From assembly GCA_031835245.2 (NCBI GenBank), contig JAVKOQ020000019.1, positions 248,001 through 312,000 of the forward strand: 64,000 nt of DNA. The letters are read 5' to 3'. Positions 1 to 12,519 of this stretch are shown piece by piece. Positions within the stretch are counted from its first letter, which is position 1. Every line of letters begins with the position of its first letter. A program made the translations under genes and the position numbers. Under the pieces are notes generated by a model that saw only the letters and a list, made by a program, of their open reading frames with translations, was not told where the DNA came from and ran no database searches. Source of the DNA: Balamuthia mandrillaris (taxonomy: Eukaryota).

Positions 1-180
1 AGAAGAAAGAAAAGAAGAAAGAGTTTTGGTGTGTGCGTTGTGTGTTTTGTGTTTGTTATTTGTTAGTCGTACCTTTTTGTTTTAAAAAAAACTGTTCCAA
101 AAAAGTGGAGATGAGGATGAAGCCACCAAGCCTTCTTCTTCGTTTTCTTCCTTCTTATCTTTTTTTTTTCTGCTCTCCAT

Positions 181-1056
181 TCAAACCGCTTCATCATCCT
201 CTTCGCTGCTGTTATAATGACCGCCGTACGCAGAAGAAGGAGAGGCAATGGTGGGGGAGGAAGGAGGAGTTGGTTCCCCAGGGATGGAAGAGAGCATCTT
301 TGAAAAATCGGGGCGTATCGGTCCGGCAAAGGCAGCCGGCAAAGGAGCCACCGCGAATGCTCCTTCCCGTCTTTGCTTTTTGTGCTGCTTGCCTTTCCAT
401 CGTTCATCTTCTTCTTCCTTACGTTCCTCTTCTTCTGCATCTTCGTCTTCTTTTTGTTCTTCCTCTTCTCCTTCTTGTTCTTGTTCTTCTTGTTCTTCTT
501 TCTCTCCTGCTTCTTCTTCATCTCTTTCTTCGTCTCCTTCCTCTCCTTTGTCTCCATCATCACTTGCTGCTTCTTCTTCCTCCTCCTCCTCGGTTCTTTC
601 TCGTTTCCGCTTCTTCTTCACATGTCGCAACTTGCACCGCTCTCCCTCCGGACAAACGCCATGCAGCCGAAACGCCTGACAGACATTCGTATGCCTTAAC
701 TTACAGCTCGCTCCATCCGGACAAAAACCCTCTCTCGAAAATGCCGGACAAACCTCTGCGTTGGCATTCACATAGACATGAGAGTAAGGGCAGTCCTCTC
801 TGTTGCACACACCACGAAGGAAGTGATAGCATACAGGCATGGTTTGCTCGCGCGTGGCAAGACTGTGAGAGAGCGGGCAGGTCCTGGCGTCGAGGAGGCA
901 TTGTCCTTTGAGAAACTTGCGACAGATGGCCACTTTGGATCGGTCGTGGAGGTGTGGGCATTTGTCACCTTTTCTGCATTTGCCTGCATGTTTAACAACG
1001 TTGTTAAACAACGAGATGATCAACCGATTCGAAGAGAAAATCGAAGAGGAGAGAGT

Positions 1057-1093
<37 letters not shown>

Positions 1094-2570
1094 AGATTGA
1101 GAGTAAAGTAGCGCACCAAATTTGTTGAAAAACAAACAAAGTCGTTTGGACCGCTCTGCCTTCTTGGCTTGGGTTGCTCTGGCTATGTTCAATGCACTTC
1201 GTCTTCGTCGACGACTGAAAAACAATGGAACCTTTAAGAAAATGGACGAGACAGAGAGACAGAGAGAGACGGGGTGGCGCACATTGGGATTTGCAAGTTG
1301 GCGTTGTCCTTGCGAAGGATCAAAGAATGCCCATTTTTGGCTTTGGTGTAGGTGGATCCGTTGATTACGATTCGTTTGGGCACGCGAGCATTGCGTTGAG
1401 GTGTGGTTGAAGCCTTTGATCCTCCGTGATCTTCCGCTTCTTCGACTTTGCGAAGCGTTCTGCCGGTTGCATCCATTTTGTACAATATTCCGTTTATCGT
1501 CAACGTGTCCCCTGCTATAATAAACGCATTAAAATGACACATTGTTTCAGTTCGAAAGAGAAGTGAATGAGGATAGAAGGAGAGGAGGAGAGATAAAGGA
1601 AGGAAGGAGCCAGGAGAGAAGGAAAGAAGGAAGAACCAAGCGGGAAGAAGATGAAAAGGTTGCCAATAATATTTTTACCCTGAGAACGCGAGACAGGTGT
1701 GGTTTCCTTAGAAGAAGAGCTGGTGGTTGCATTCTGTGCAGCTGAAGGAGCAGTGTTGACTAAACTCTTGTTGGCAAACTTTTTGCCACGACGTAGGCTG
1801 GCACGGCCGATAAAAGAAGAAGCGGCGCCTCCTCTCCCCCTCGCTCTTCCTCTGAGCGAAAAAGGAGAGAAGGAATACGCAGGAAAGGAAGAAGAAGAAG
1901 AATAGGAATAACGACGACGAAGCAGCTGAGGAGAAGGCCGAAGAGAAGAAGAGAACCGCAGTTTCGTGATGGTGGAGCTCTCTTTCTCCTTTTGCTGTGG
2001 TTGCGGGGCCTCGTTGTTGCCTTCTGCTGTCGTAGCGGAAGAAGAGGGAGGTTGCAGCTTTGTGCGTTTGTGTTTGTTGATGGCGCCAGCCACGGAGGCG
2101 ATTTGTTTCAACAATGCCGCTTCTTCCTCTTCCACTTTTTGTCCCGTGTGAACGCCATTTTGATTCGTCGTCGTTGCTGGGACAGGTTGGGCATGATGAT
2201 GATGATTGCTGCCGCTGCTAAGAGGGGAGGCAGCACCCAAGGGTAAGGGTTGTTGTGAAGAAGAAGAAGAAGAAGTTGGTTGTTGAGGTTGACGAACGTA
2301 TTTCTTGTGGGCAAACGGACGAGTGTTGGTGGTTGCCGCGGTTGCCGTGTTTGTGAAATAGGGCTTTGATTGATATCGAGTAGCAGATGCTGCTGAAGAA
2401 GAAGAATTTGAGGAAAACTTGTTTTGTTGTTGTTGATGATGATCATGTTGGGGTGGGTAAGAAACATGCGTTGGTGGTGGTGGTGGTTGCATTTGCTGCT
2501 GTTTGCATCGATTGATGGCACCCGCCCACCGTGCGATTTGTTCGAGTAGCGCCTTCTCATCGGCATCCAT
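181..2570 (-). CDS. Multi-exon CCCH zinc-finger protein (ZC3H3/Red5-like)
   Basis: Tandem CCCH fingers (CLFFNKFG|KC..CPHLH, CRKFLKGQC..CPLSH, CYHFLRGVC..CPYSH, CPAFSREGFC..H, CQAFRLHGVC..H) and a low-complexity N-terminus, joined across GT-AG introns. Confidence 0.8.
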
Positions 2571-3076
2571 CTTTCTTTTTCCGTTTGCTTTTTTTTTTGT
2601 AGAGTTTTCGTGTCGACCCTATAGCACAAAGGCGATTATTATCGTGTCGACATGAACGCGTTTATTGTTTCCTGGAAGAATTTCTTTTCTATCGATATTT
2701 TGTGTAACGATTGATTTTCTGACTTTTTTTCGTTTTCGTTCTGGATTTTTTTCTGTTCATATTGAAACTCCGCACACCCAATAGGAGTAGCCTCCCTCTC
2801 TTTTCACCGAGTTTGCCCAATGCCATAGCGCCCGGCGAAATTTTTCACAGAAGAAAACCGGCGAATGAGTCAAAATCTGGCGTTAAGTTAAAAAAAAAAT
2901 AAGTGTGACCGCTATTTATTTAGCACCCCACTTTCTCCCCTTTATTTTTTTTCGCTGTTCCCTCAAACAACAACCGACGACAGTCATCGCTGTCTCTTCA
3001 ATTTTTTTTCCCCCCTTTTCTTCGACACACACCTCTCTGCTACCTTTTTTTTTCTCCTTCCTACACATAAATCATC

Positions 3077-5611
3077 ATGTCTGCCGCTGTGAAGGACTCC
3101 AACGTGGTGAGGATCAAGCCTTACTACTACATCCACGTCCTGGACAACAATGAGAACATCACCCGCGTGGAGGTCGGTCCCAACACATACACCAGGAAGG
3201 AGCACGAGAAGATCGTCAGCGGCCCGGACGCCATGATCATGATCCCCCCTCGCCACTATGCCATCATCTCCAACCCGGTTATGAGGGATAACGGCGGCAA
3301 CCTCGTGCATGACGAGCATGGCAACGTCAAGCTTCGTTTCGGCGATGAGGAGATCCGCTTTACCCAGGAGCCTTTCCCCTTGTACCCTGGCGAGAGCGTC
3401 TTTGGTTCCGTGACTCCTTTGCAGGTGGTCGGCCCTGATGCCGCTCTTCGTCTGCGTTGCATCCGTGACTTTGAGGACAAGGTGGCTGGTGACGAGTGGT
3501 TGTTTGCTGGTCCTGCCACTTATTACCCTCGCGTGGAGGTTTCCGTTATTGAGGTTATCACCGCTACTATTATCAAACCCAACGAGGCTCTTCGTCTTCA
3601 GGCTCGCAACCGCTGCGTGGACTCTTATGGCAACCGCCGTGAAGCCGGAGAGGAATGGTTGGTGCGCGAGGTTGGAGCTTACCTGCCTGGTGTTGATGAA
3701 ACCATCGTAAAGAAGGTCAAGGCTCGCATCCTTACCGATAAGACCGCCCTTCACCTCTGTGCCACAAAGACCTTTTCCGACGTACTTGGCGTGCGCCGAA
3801 AGGCTGGTGAGGAATGGTTGGTCACCATCGACCAAGCTGAGAGCTACATTCCTGATGTCTACGAGGAGATCGTTGGAGAGGTCCGCGTTACCACTTTGAG
3901 CAACCGTCAATATGCTGTGGTCTTGGACCCTGTGGATAGCAAGGGACACAACCAGTTGGGCATGAAGGAGCTTCGCAAGGGACCCATGTCCTTCTTCCTT
4001 CGCCCTGGAGAGAGACTCGAGGCTGGCATTCAAAACATTCACGTTCTTGCTGCTGAGGAAGCTTTGCTCCTTCGTGCCACTAAGCAGTTCACTGATAACG
4101 AGGAAACTGTTCGTCGTCCTGGTGACAAGTGGATGATCCACGGCCCAGCTGACTATGTTCCCCCCGTGGAAGTGGAGGTGCTCGAGAAGCGCAAGGCCAT
4201 TCCTTTGGACGAGAACGAAGGTATCTACGTGCGTGACCTCACCTCTGGCAAGGTTCGTGCCGTCATTGGTGAATCCTACATGTTGAAGGCCAACGAGGAG
4301 CTGTGGGAGAAGCAACTGCCTGTCGTTGTGGAGGAGCTCTTGGCCAAGCAGCGCTCTACCCCCGAGTCTCGCGGCTCTGGCTGGAACGCTAAGCAATCTG
4401 GTGGCAGCGTTGGTGGTGCTCGCGACAAGACTCGTCTTGTTACCTACCGCTGCCCTCATGGTGCTGCCGTTCAGGTTTACGACTACAAGGACAAGCAAGC
4501 TCGTCTTGTATTTGGTCCTGAGTTGGTCTCTCTTGGCCCTGATGAGCAATTCACCGTGGTTAACCTCTCTGGTGACGTGCCCAAGCGCCCCAACGTCATT
4601 CAATCTCTTTCTCTCCTCCTCGGCCCCGACTTTATGACTGACGTGGTCATTGTGGAGACTGCTGATCATGCTCGTCTCAGCTTGAAGCTCGCCTACAACT
4701 GGTACTTTGAGGTGGACAAGGAGGATCGTGAGGCTGCTGCCGTTATCTTCCGCGTTCCTGACTTTGTGGGAGATGCCTGCAAGGCCATCGCCTCTCGCGT
4801 GCGTGGTGCTGTGGCTTCTGTTACTTTCGATCAGTTCCACACCAACTCGGCTGAGATCATCAAGGCTGCTGTCTTTGGTGTGGATTCTGAGAGCGGCGAG
4901 ATCCGCAACCGCTTCTTCTTCTCTTCCAACAACTTGGTCATCACCAACATTGATATTCAAAGCGTAGAGCCTGTGGACACTCGTACCCGCGATGCCCTTC
5001 AGAAATCCGTCCAGCTCGCCATTGAAATCACCACCAAGTCTCAGGAGGCCTCTGCTCGTCATGAGGCTGAGCGTGTGGAACAGGAAGCTCGCGGCAAGTT
5101 GGAGCGCCAAAAGATCTTTGACGAGGTCGAAGCCGAACGCGCCAGAAAGTCTCTCCTCCACTTGCAGGCTCAAAGCGCTGCTGTAGAGGCCACCGGTCAA
5201 GCTACTGCTGAGGCTAAGGCTCGCGCCGAGGCCGCTCAGATTGAGGGCGAGGCTGCTGTCACACAGAGCAAGCTCAAGGCCGAGTCTACCACCATCAAGG
5301 GTCTCTCTGACCTGGAGCAACTCAAGAAGAAGAACCTCGCTGAGGTGGAGCACAAGCGCAGGATGAACGAGCTGCACATCAAGAGGCAGCGGGAGTTGGC
5401 CGAAATCGAGGCTGCCAAGTTCAAGCAGCTCGTCGATGCCATTGGACCCAGCACCATCAAGTCCATTGCTCAGGCTGGACCCGAGATGCAGGCCAAGCTG
5501 CTGCAAGGACTTGGATTGAAGAGCTTGATGATCACCGATGGTCACAGCCCTATCAACCTGTTCAACACCGCCAACGGTTTGATCTCCTCTGCTGGTGGAT
5601 CTTCGGAGTAA
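3077..5611 (+). CDS. mvp: Major vault protein (intronless, 844 aa)
   Basis: Vault repeats ([31 protein letters not shown]), shoulder ([26 protein letters not shown]), cap helix and [26 protein letters not shown] terminus. Confidence 0.97.
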   Translation: MSAAVKDSNVVRIKPYYYIHVLDNNENITRVEVGPNTYTRKEHEKIVSGPDAMIMIPPRHYAIISNPVMRDNGGNLVHDEHGNVKLRFGDEEIRFTQEPFPLYPGESVFGSVTPLQVVGPDAALRLRCIRDFEDKVAGDEWLFAGPATYYPRVEVSVIEVITATIIKPNEALRLQARNRCVDSYGNRREAGEEWLVREVGAYLPGVDETIVKKVKARILTDKTALHLCATKTFSDVLGVRRKAGEEWLVTIDQAESYIPDVYEEIVGEVRVTTLSNRQYAVVLDPVDSKGHNQLGMKELRKGPMSFFLRPGERLEAGIQNIHVLAAEEALLLRATKQFTDNEETVRRPGDKWMIHGPADYVPPVEVEVLEKRKAIPLDENEGIYVRDLTSGKVRAVIGESYMLKANEELWEKQLPVVVEELLAKQRSTPESRGSGWNAKQSGGSVGGARDKTRLVTYRCPHGAAVQVYDYKDKQARLVFGPELVSLGPDEQFTVVNLSGDVPKRPNVIQSLSLLLGPDFMTDVVIVETADHARLSLKLAYNWYFEVDKEDREAAAVIFRVPDFVGDACKAIASRVRGAVASVTFDQFHTNSAEIIKAAVFGVDSESGEIRNRFFFSSNNLVITNIDIQSVEPVDTRTRDALQKSVQLAIEITTKSQEASARHEAERVEQEARGKLERQKIFDEVEAERARKSLLHLQAQSAAVEATGQATAEAKARAEAAQIEGEAAVTQSKLKAESTTIKGLSDLEQLKKKNLAEVEHKRRMNELHIKRQRELAEIEAAKFKQLVDAIGPSTIKSIAQAGPEMQAKLLQGLGLKSLMITDGHSPINLFNTANGLISSAGGSSE

Positions 5612-6002
5612 GAGGACGAAGAAGAAGAAGGAAAAGTAGAAAGAAAAAAAAAACGAGGAGAGACTTCCACGTTGTTGTGTTTAGTTTTTTGTTCTCTTGT
5701 GTGTAATACAAAACAGCTTCCAATTATCACCTGTTCTCGTTCTCCTCTCTTTTTTATGCGCTTGCCTTGGAGTAAAGTGGTGGTGTGACTAAAGGGAGGA
5801 AGAACCACAAAGGGCTTTTTGGTTCTGCCGTGATGCGTGATCGAAGGGGAGACGACCATTTGCGCCTTTGAAAAATCGTGTTGGGCAGGCGTCGGTCCTG
5901 TTCAGGAGAAACCTGTGACATTGTTTACTCAAAGCTTGCAACGGCATGGAGGAGTGGGGGAATGGGGATAGGGGCATACTGCAAGAAAGTCGGTCAGGTG
6001 TT

Positions 6003-6121
6003 GGATACGGCCATACTGCGGAGAAAGCACCGCTTCCCGTCCGATCAGCGAAGTTAAGCTCCGCCAGGCGATGTTAGTACTGGGGTGGGTGACCACCCGG
6101 GAATCCATCGTGCTGTATCCT
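6003..6121 (+). rRNA. 5S rRNA: 5S rRNA, dispersed copy 1
   Basis: GGATACGGCCATAC...CCGATCAGCGAAGTTAAGC...TTAGTACTGGGGTGGGTGACC...GTATCCT; 119 nt, ends pair, T7 Pol III terminator follows. Confidence 0.97.
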
Positions 6122-6326
6122 CCTTTTTTTGTCCTCTTACTCTCTCCTCCTCCCTCTTTTTGTTCATTTTTCTTGCGTGCCTTTAAAACAAAAGAATCAA
6201 GAATGGGAAGAAGCAAGCCATACCTTGTGTTTCTCTCACTCCCTTCTGTCTCAGCTCTTCTCTCTCTCTCTCTCTCTCTCTCTTCTCTAGAGTTCACTTC
6301 TGCCGACACAATAGAATCAGGTCGTC

Positions 6327-6892
6327 ATGGCGGAACTTGGAAAAAACACAAAAAAAAAGAGTAGCAGCAAGGGCTTGATGATGATGCAACGCCCTGATGA
6401 GGGAAGCGGTGGCCGGTCGCTCGCACAGAAAGTAGAGGAAGCAAGAGGAGGAGGGAACGCAACAACGCGCGGGTCCTCTTTGAGGTTTACGTGCTCCATT
6501 TGTGGGATGGAGTATCCTTACCATCACTTTGGCAACAAACCTCCATTCTGTGCATCCATCATGTGCGTGGTTGAGCATTTTTTTTTAATTTTTGCTCTTC
6601 GCATCGAGTTTGTCTTCAACTTTTTGGTTGATTTCCTTACTTTTCATGAATAACAACAAAAAGTTACTTGGAGGACTGCTACGTCTTGAAAGATCCGTTC
6701 GATGAAGAGCAAGGCCGACAACAAGAGAAGGCGCTGCCAATTTGTGTCGGCTCTCATTGTAGCATCTGCCAACGGGCCGTTTGCGTGCAGGCCTCTTGTA
6801 GCCTGTTCTACACACATCGCTTTTGCACCGACTGCTTCGATCGCCACCAACAGCACTTCCCTCCGCAGCTTCAAAAGGAACGAAGCAAGTGA
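6327..6892 (+). CDS. CDPF1: Cysteine-rich DPF-motif protein (2 exons)
   Basis: FTCSICG..FGNKPPF, LEDCYVLKDPF, GSHCSICQRAVCVQASCSLFYTHRFC; intron about 6563-6663. Confidence 0.85.
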
Positions 6893-6980
6893 AGTGAAAC
6901 ATCAAAAGGTAAGTTTTTTGTTTTAAAAAATGTTTGATTTACAGATTCGTTGAGAGAGAGGAGTCGAAGATATCTTTTGC

Positions 6981-8219
6981 TTACACAAGTCTCTTTACAT
7001 GAGAAAGGATGGCGTTGTTGAGGTTTTCCCGAATGTGCATGACCTCCACCTCCTTGTCCTGGCTCATCCTTCGGTATCTCTCCATTTCCTCCTGGGTGAC
7101 CGCCAGCAGGAGCAGGCTGTACCTCTCCATGTCCTCTCGCCTTTGCTGTTCTGCCGCCTCTTCCTCGCTGCCGTAGAGCTCTCTCAAGCGGCGCGCTCTC
7201 TCGTGCTCCTCCTCGACCGTGGTGCCGATGCTACAGGCCTCCTTTCTCTCCTCCTCCTTGAGTTCCTCCTCCTCCAGACGACGCTTTCGTTCCTCCTCCT
7301 CGGCAATGACTGTGCCCATCAGGGAAGCCCTGCTGCGTTCCTTCTCCTCCTTTTCTATTTCCTTCAAGCGGCGGTTGCGTTCTTCCTCCTCGGCGATGAC
7401 AGTGCCCATCAACGAAGCCCGGCTGCGCTGCTTCTCTTCCTTCTCGATCTGTCTCAGACGACGTTTGCGTTCCTCCTCCTCGGCAATGATGGTGCCCATC
7501 AAGGAGGCCTTCTTCCTTTCTTCCTCCTGCTCCTTCTCTTCCGCGATGCGCCTCTTTCTCTCCGCTTCCTCTGCTATCACAGCCCCCATCAACGCCGCCT
7601 CTCTTCTCCCCCTCTCCTTTCTCCTTTGTTCCTCCTCCTTCTCCTCTGTTCTTCCACCCATCTCCTCTACTCGGCGCGCCCTCTCTGCTTCCTCCAGCTG
7701 CTGCACGGCTGTCAGGGAGTCGTGCTCCTCTGGCTGGTAGCTGCCCTTCACGGTCAGCACGTTGCAGTCCGCATTCTCCACGCAGTACTTGCTTGTGCTG
7801 CCCATCAGCAGCATAAGATTTTGCAGCGGGGTCATTCCTCTTCTGCCCAAGAGCAACAAGTCAATGCCCTTCTCCTGCACCACCCTGCAAATGGCGGCTC
7901 CCACGTGGGACCCTCTGCCCAGGATCAACGAGAACGGGATCATGTGCTGCTGCTTGGCAGGGACCATATCCTCGTTCCGTTGCTTGATGAGGAAGCTGTG
8001 CTTGATGAGCAAGTTCTGGCAGTGCCTGAGGCTGTCGATGACCTTGTCCTGGGCAAAGAGGCCCTCCTCCTTGGCCACGGCGAGGACAAAGAGGTGGCTG
8101 CCAGGATCCTTGCTGACCATCTCGCAGGCCAGGTTGAAGGCGTTCTCGGAGCCGGGCGAGCCGTCGATGGCAACCATGTATCTTTTGCCGTGGATGTGGT
8201 TGTTCGTGGTGGTGGCCAT
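6981..8219 (-). CDS. Universal stress protein domain plus repeated charged helical tail
   Basis: YMVAIDGSPGSENAF, IDLLLLGRRG..MGSTSKYCVENADCNVLTVK; C-terminal 30-aa repeats. Confidence 0.88.
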   Translation of the reverse strand: MATTTNNHIHGKRYMVAIDGSPGSENAFNLACEMVSKDPGSHLFVLAVAKEEGLFAQDKVIDSLRHCQNLLIKHSFLIKQRNEDMVPAKQQHMIPFSLILGRGSHVGAAICRVVQEKGIDLLLLGRRGMTPLQNLMLLMGSTSKYCVENADCNVLTVKGSYQPEEHDSLTAVQQLEEAERARRVEEMGGRTEEKEEEQRRKERGRREAALMGAVIAEEAERKRRIAEEKEQEEERKKASLMGTIIAEEEERKRRLRQIEKEEKQRSRASLMGTVIAEEEERNRRLKEIEKEEKERSRASLMGTVIAEEEERKRRLEEEELKEEERKEACSIGTTVEEEHERARRLRELYGSEEEAAEQQRREDMERYSLLLLAVTQEEMERYRRMSQDKEVEVMHIRENLNNAILSHVKRLV

Positions 8220-8846
8220 TGTTTGTGCTTCTGTTTGTGTGTTCTTCTTCTTTCGTTCGGTCGTGGATGTGGAAAAAAGAAGAAAGAGTGTGGAAGAGAG
8301 GGAGAGACTCGTTTTTTTGTTCTTTACACGTTTTAGGCGTCGCAGGCCTGCGATTGGTCGGTCGCAAATAGAACTGGACGAAAAGTCATCGTGTTCTCCA
8401 TAGAATTTCGAAAGAAATATTGGCTAAATTTCATGGGTAGAATACCACCCAATCAACATTCAAACCGAAAAATAAGAGCGATGCCCTCAACAAGAAGAAA
8501 GGCAAAGAGAAAGAGGTGAAAAGAGAGAAATGTTAATCAACATTCAACGAGGAAGAGTTGGCCGAGTGCACGAACGTGGAGGCATTTCGTTGTGGTCATT
8601 CTCTTCTTTTCTGCACCAACGCTTACTGATTCACTCGAGGAACACCACAACCAACGGTGTAAAATTTTTTTAAAAACAAAATATCAGTACACTGTTTTTT
8701 TTTTGTATTACACGGTTTGCGGCATGTTGCGTTTGCCTGTCAGCTCTTTGCCGCCCTTTGTTTGTCGAGCGTAGGCCAGCAGCCTTTCGAACACTTCCTC
8801 CGGTACGCAATGCTTTGGGACGCAAACGCCTTTATCTACAACCGTC

Positions 8847-9860
8847 TCAACACACAAGGTGGCTAAAGTCTGAGGTTCTGTTCAAACCAAAGCGGGTTGT
8901 CAGCTTTCTCAAAGAACCCAAGCAGCCAAAGAAGATAGCAAAAGAAAACGTACGTCTGGAGCGAGGACTAAAGTCGCATTCCTTCACCTTTTCGCCATGG
9001 TTGTACCAAAGATATCTGACCCTTCCGTGCACACAGAAATAGGTTCCCATGCCATGCTTCTGGTCCTTGATCCACTCTCCTTTGAACACATCTCCGTTCG
9101 TGAAGTAGAGCTTTCCTTTGCCCTCCCTATCGTCTCCTCTCCAGCTGCCGGTGTACCTGACGCCGTTGGGAAACGTATGCACTCCTACCCCATCCCTCCT
9201 TCCGGACTTCCATTCTCCCTCGTATTTGGCACCGTTCCTCCATAGCATCATCCCTTTGCCGTTCCTCTCGTCCGCTTTCCACTCGCCAGTATAGCTCAGT
9301 CTTCTGACCGAGTCATCCGGCGAGAAGGTCATCGTTCCGAAGCCTTCTCTCAGCCCGTTCTTCCATTGCCCGGTATATCTCACGTTGGTGGTGTTCCAGG
9401 TGATAGTGCCTTCTCCTTGGATGGCATTGTCCTGCCAGTCGCCGATGTAGGTGCTGTTAGAGGAGGGCCAACGCATGGTGCCTTTGCCGTTCATCTTGTC
9501 ATCCTTCCACATGCCTTCATACGCAGTCCCATCGGACCAGATGAGCAAGCCATGCCCGATGCGACGGCCTTCGCTGACGTGCCCTTGGAAGAGAAGTCGT
9601 CCCTTAGGATCGTCCGGAGGGTAGAGAATGCTCACGAAGGGAGAAGGAGAGATATCGCTGCTTCGGTGTTGAACTTGGAGAAGACCGGTGTTGTTGCTGT
9701 TGCTTTGACGATTCAGGCGGCGCTGGAGGTGAAGAGCCTCCACGAAACCTAGCTGAGCGTGGAGGGAGATGTTGGTCCCCACCATGGATGTTTCCATGAC
9801 CGCAAGGTCAGCCAGTAGCGAGGGTGTAATCCCTTCAGTTACGGTTTCGTCCAAGTCCAT
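8847..9860 (-). CDS. MORN-repeat protein
   Basis: About 8 YxGxWxxxxxxGxG repeats. Confidence 0.88.
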   Translation of the reverse strand: MDLDETVTEGITPSLLADLAVMETSMVGTNISLHAQLGFVEALHLQRRLNRQSNSNNTGLLQVQHRSSDISPSPFVSILYPPDDPKGRLLFQGHVSEGRRIGHGLLIWSDGTAYEGMWKDDKMNGKGTMRWPSSNSTYIGDWQDNAIQGEGTITWNTTNVRYTGQWKNGLREGFGTMTFSPDDSVRRLSYTGEWKADERNGKGMMLWRNGAKYEGEWKSGRRDGVGVHTFPNGVRYTGSWRGDDREGKGKLYFTNGDVFKGEWIKDQKHGMGTYFCVHGRVRYLWYNHGEKVKECDFSPRSRRTFSFAIFFGCLGSLRKLTTRFGLNRTSDFSHLVC

Positions 9861-10307
9861 TGTTAATGTAAGTTCGCGTTATGTATTTTCTTCCTTGCTG
9901 AATGATGTTGAGAAAATGAAAACGTCATGGCGTCGGTTCAACTATTTATCTGGACTGTCCCTCGCATGGACCAACTGGGTGACAAGTTCTGATAGACGCA
10001 TCGAAACGAAATGATGGGAAATATAATGAAACGATTGATGTCAATCTTCTTCTTTCACGAAGGGATCTTTTTCGATTTCCTTTTATAGCTGTATTTCACG
10101 TCGTCCCGGATAACTGTCGACAAAAACCAACAGTCAAATTCAGAAAGTGTTTCAGCAGTTCGGAAGAGAAGCAAATGTTGGACGTAAATTGCTCCGGTTC
10201 TTGGAGCGACATGTCGACAAAAATGAGGACTTTTCCCGAATTTTTGTCCGCATAAAAGATTTAATCGATACATATTGAGTTTTTATCGAAAAAAAACAAC
10301 AAACAAA

Positions 10308-12017
10308 ATGTGGCCACAAAGTCGTTCATGCCGCTATGGCGCAGCGGCGGCGGCTTGGAGCGGATGTGCCGTCGCGAGGAAACCCCCTTTGTCGGCAAAG
10401 TGGAACGTTCCGCTCGGTGTTCACCACTCCCGACGGGTCCAAAGCCAACTGACGACAACGACAACGGCGCACACGCGGCATCGGCGGTTCCATCAGAGCA
10501 ATACGAAGCGTTTCTTTTGGAGGTCGACTGCCCCGTGGGGGAATGGTGTTGGGGGGAGCTTACCAGCGTCGAGCAAACTTTTGCTTACGGCGGCGTGTTG
10601 CTGCGTTGGAGGAGGAGCACTGTGCATGGCTGCTTCCACCTCCCTGCTTCACGCCACTGCCGACCTCGCCTCCGTCTCCTTCCCTTCTTATAGAACACGC
10701 TGGTCTGTCGTTCTCTGCTTTCCCTCCGTTCTCTGCTGCTCTCTTCTCTCCTCACTGCCTTCTCTCTTTCTTATCTTTGTGACAAACAAACAAACAAACA
10801 AAAAAGGGATGTGGACTATTGGCTGAAGTACTATTACAAGCACGCAGAGCCGGAGCTGGTGGCGTTGGCGGTGCAGGTCCTCTCCAAGGAGAACGCGTTG
10901 GTGGAGCCAAAGGAGCAATGGATGGTCACTGGCTTCCTTTCCGCTCTGTTTGCTCGCGCCTTGAAAGATGGTTCTCTCTCCTCGCATACTATCAAGGTTC
11001 TTCTTCTCCTTCTGCGGATGCTCGTTCTTCTTGTTCCTCTTCTTGTTCTTGTTCTTGTGCTTCTTCTTCTTATTCTTCTTCCTTAGTCTGGTCTTCTCAC
11101 CTTTCCATTTGGTATTTTGTTGGTAGGAATTAGAAAAGGTGATGAGAGAGAAAGAAAGAACTGTTCTCTACCTTTCTCTTTGGATGGCTGGAGGTACTTC
11201 TTGTTCTGCTTCATGTTCTGCTCGCCAGAAAGAAGATATTTACTCAACACGTCTCTCTCTTTTTTTGTTTTCAAAAACAGCCAAAGAACATTTGCTTCAA
11301 CTATGTAAAGAAGAGGAGCAAGCACAACAACAACGCAACAAAAAAACAACCGAAGAAGAGGAGCAAGAAAGAAAGGCAAAAGAGAAAGAGAATGCTCAAC
11401 GTACTGCTGTGATCCAACAACTGCTAGAAGAAGTGCCTTTGGACGTGATGAAAGCTCCGATTACGGTACAAAACGTGGAGATGAACGTTCATATTCTCTC
11501 TGGAATGTTCTTCGCAACGGGAGAAGCATCACCATTATTGAAAATGGTGAGCGAATTGGAGCACTACTCTGGAGAGAAGCTTCAAAATGTATCAAACGGA
11601 GAAGGAGAAGAGGAGGATGACGAACACCAAAGAAGAAGAAAGCAGATGATAGTTCTTCAGAATCAGAACGAATTTGTGGTGGGCAAAAGTGTGAGAGACC
11701 ATTTGCTTATTCTCTGCCACGAGCACGAAAGAGTAATGCAAGTATTGACAGAAGTTTGCAATCACTTCGAAGAAGAATCTAAAGTATTGTCGAACGATAT
11801 CAACGCGCCAATGATGATACGAATGAAAGAAGGAGAAGGAGGCGAGTTGATGGTGAATGCCGTCATTCATGAAAACTTGAGAAAGATAATTGGACTGGTG
11901 GAAAGAGTGAAGGAAGAACAAGAACGGTTGTGGCGAGAGACGGAGCAAAGAGCTCAACGTCAGATGGAAGAACGAGCAAAGAGAGAGGAGGAAGCTGCAC
12001 GTGTAAGAATGAGATGA
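10308..12017 (+). CDS. Hypothetical multi-exon protein with transit-peptide-like N-terminus
   Basis: Exon-like ORF segments (WMDYWLKYYYKHAEP..GFLSALF; LSGMFFATGE; coiled-coil end) separated by pyrimidine-rich GT-AG introns. Confidence 0.6.
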
Positions 12018-12025
12018 TGAGTTCA

Positions 12026-12484
12026 TTAAGATAATGATTCTAGTTTTGTCTTGCTTCTTTGTTCTGGTCCAGGTTCTTCTTTTTCTTCTTTCTTCTTCTC
12101 TTTTCCTTCATCTTTCTTGTTTGGTTTTAGTTGAGAATGAAGAGCTCTTCGTTTCTTTTGTTTTGGGACGTATGGTGCTGCTGTTCTTTGGAGAACGTAA
12201 AGTACTATCTCTAATCGATTAACTTGCAGCTATATTCATGTTGTTGTTTATGAAGAAAACTATCAATAACCAAGTTGGAGGAAGGAAGCAAGGGAGAAGA
12301 AGAGAGCAAAGTACCAAATGGGTGGTAACCAATTGCCAGCGACGTTGCTGCTGTTCCAGGTTTCTGTTCATTAAGTTCCTTTGAGAGGTCAAAAGATATG
12401 CCATCCTTTTTGGTTTTTGTTTTCGTTTTCGTTTGAAGGAGAATGTAAGAAGGAGAGAAAGCAAGAAAGTAACGACAAGTACGA

Positions 12485-12519
<35 letters not shown>

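Noticed and set aside
2984..5545. 853-aa antisense ORF over MVP (similar ORFs lie opposite the USP and Rh genes)
   Set aside because: Shadow ORFs caused by strong codon bias in the sense gene; no protein-like motifs
5620..5960. Possible vault RNA downstream of MVP
   Set aside because: Only a small hairpin near 5800-5826; no convincing box A/box B plus terminator
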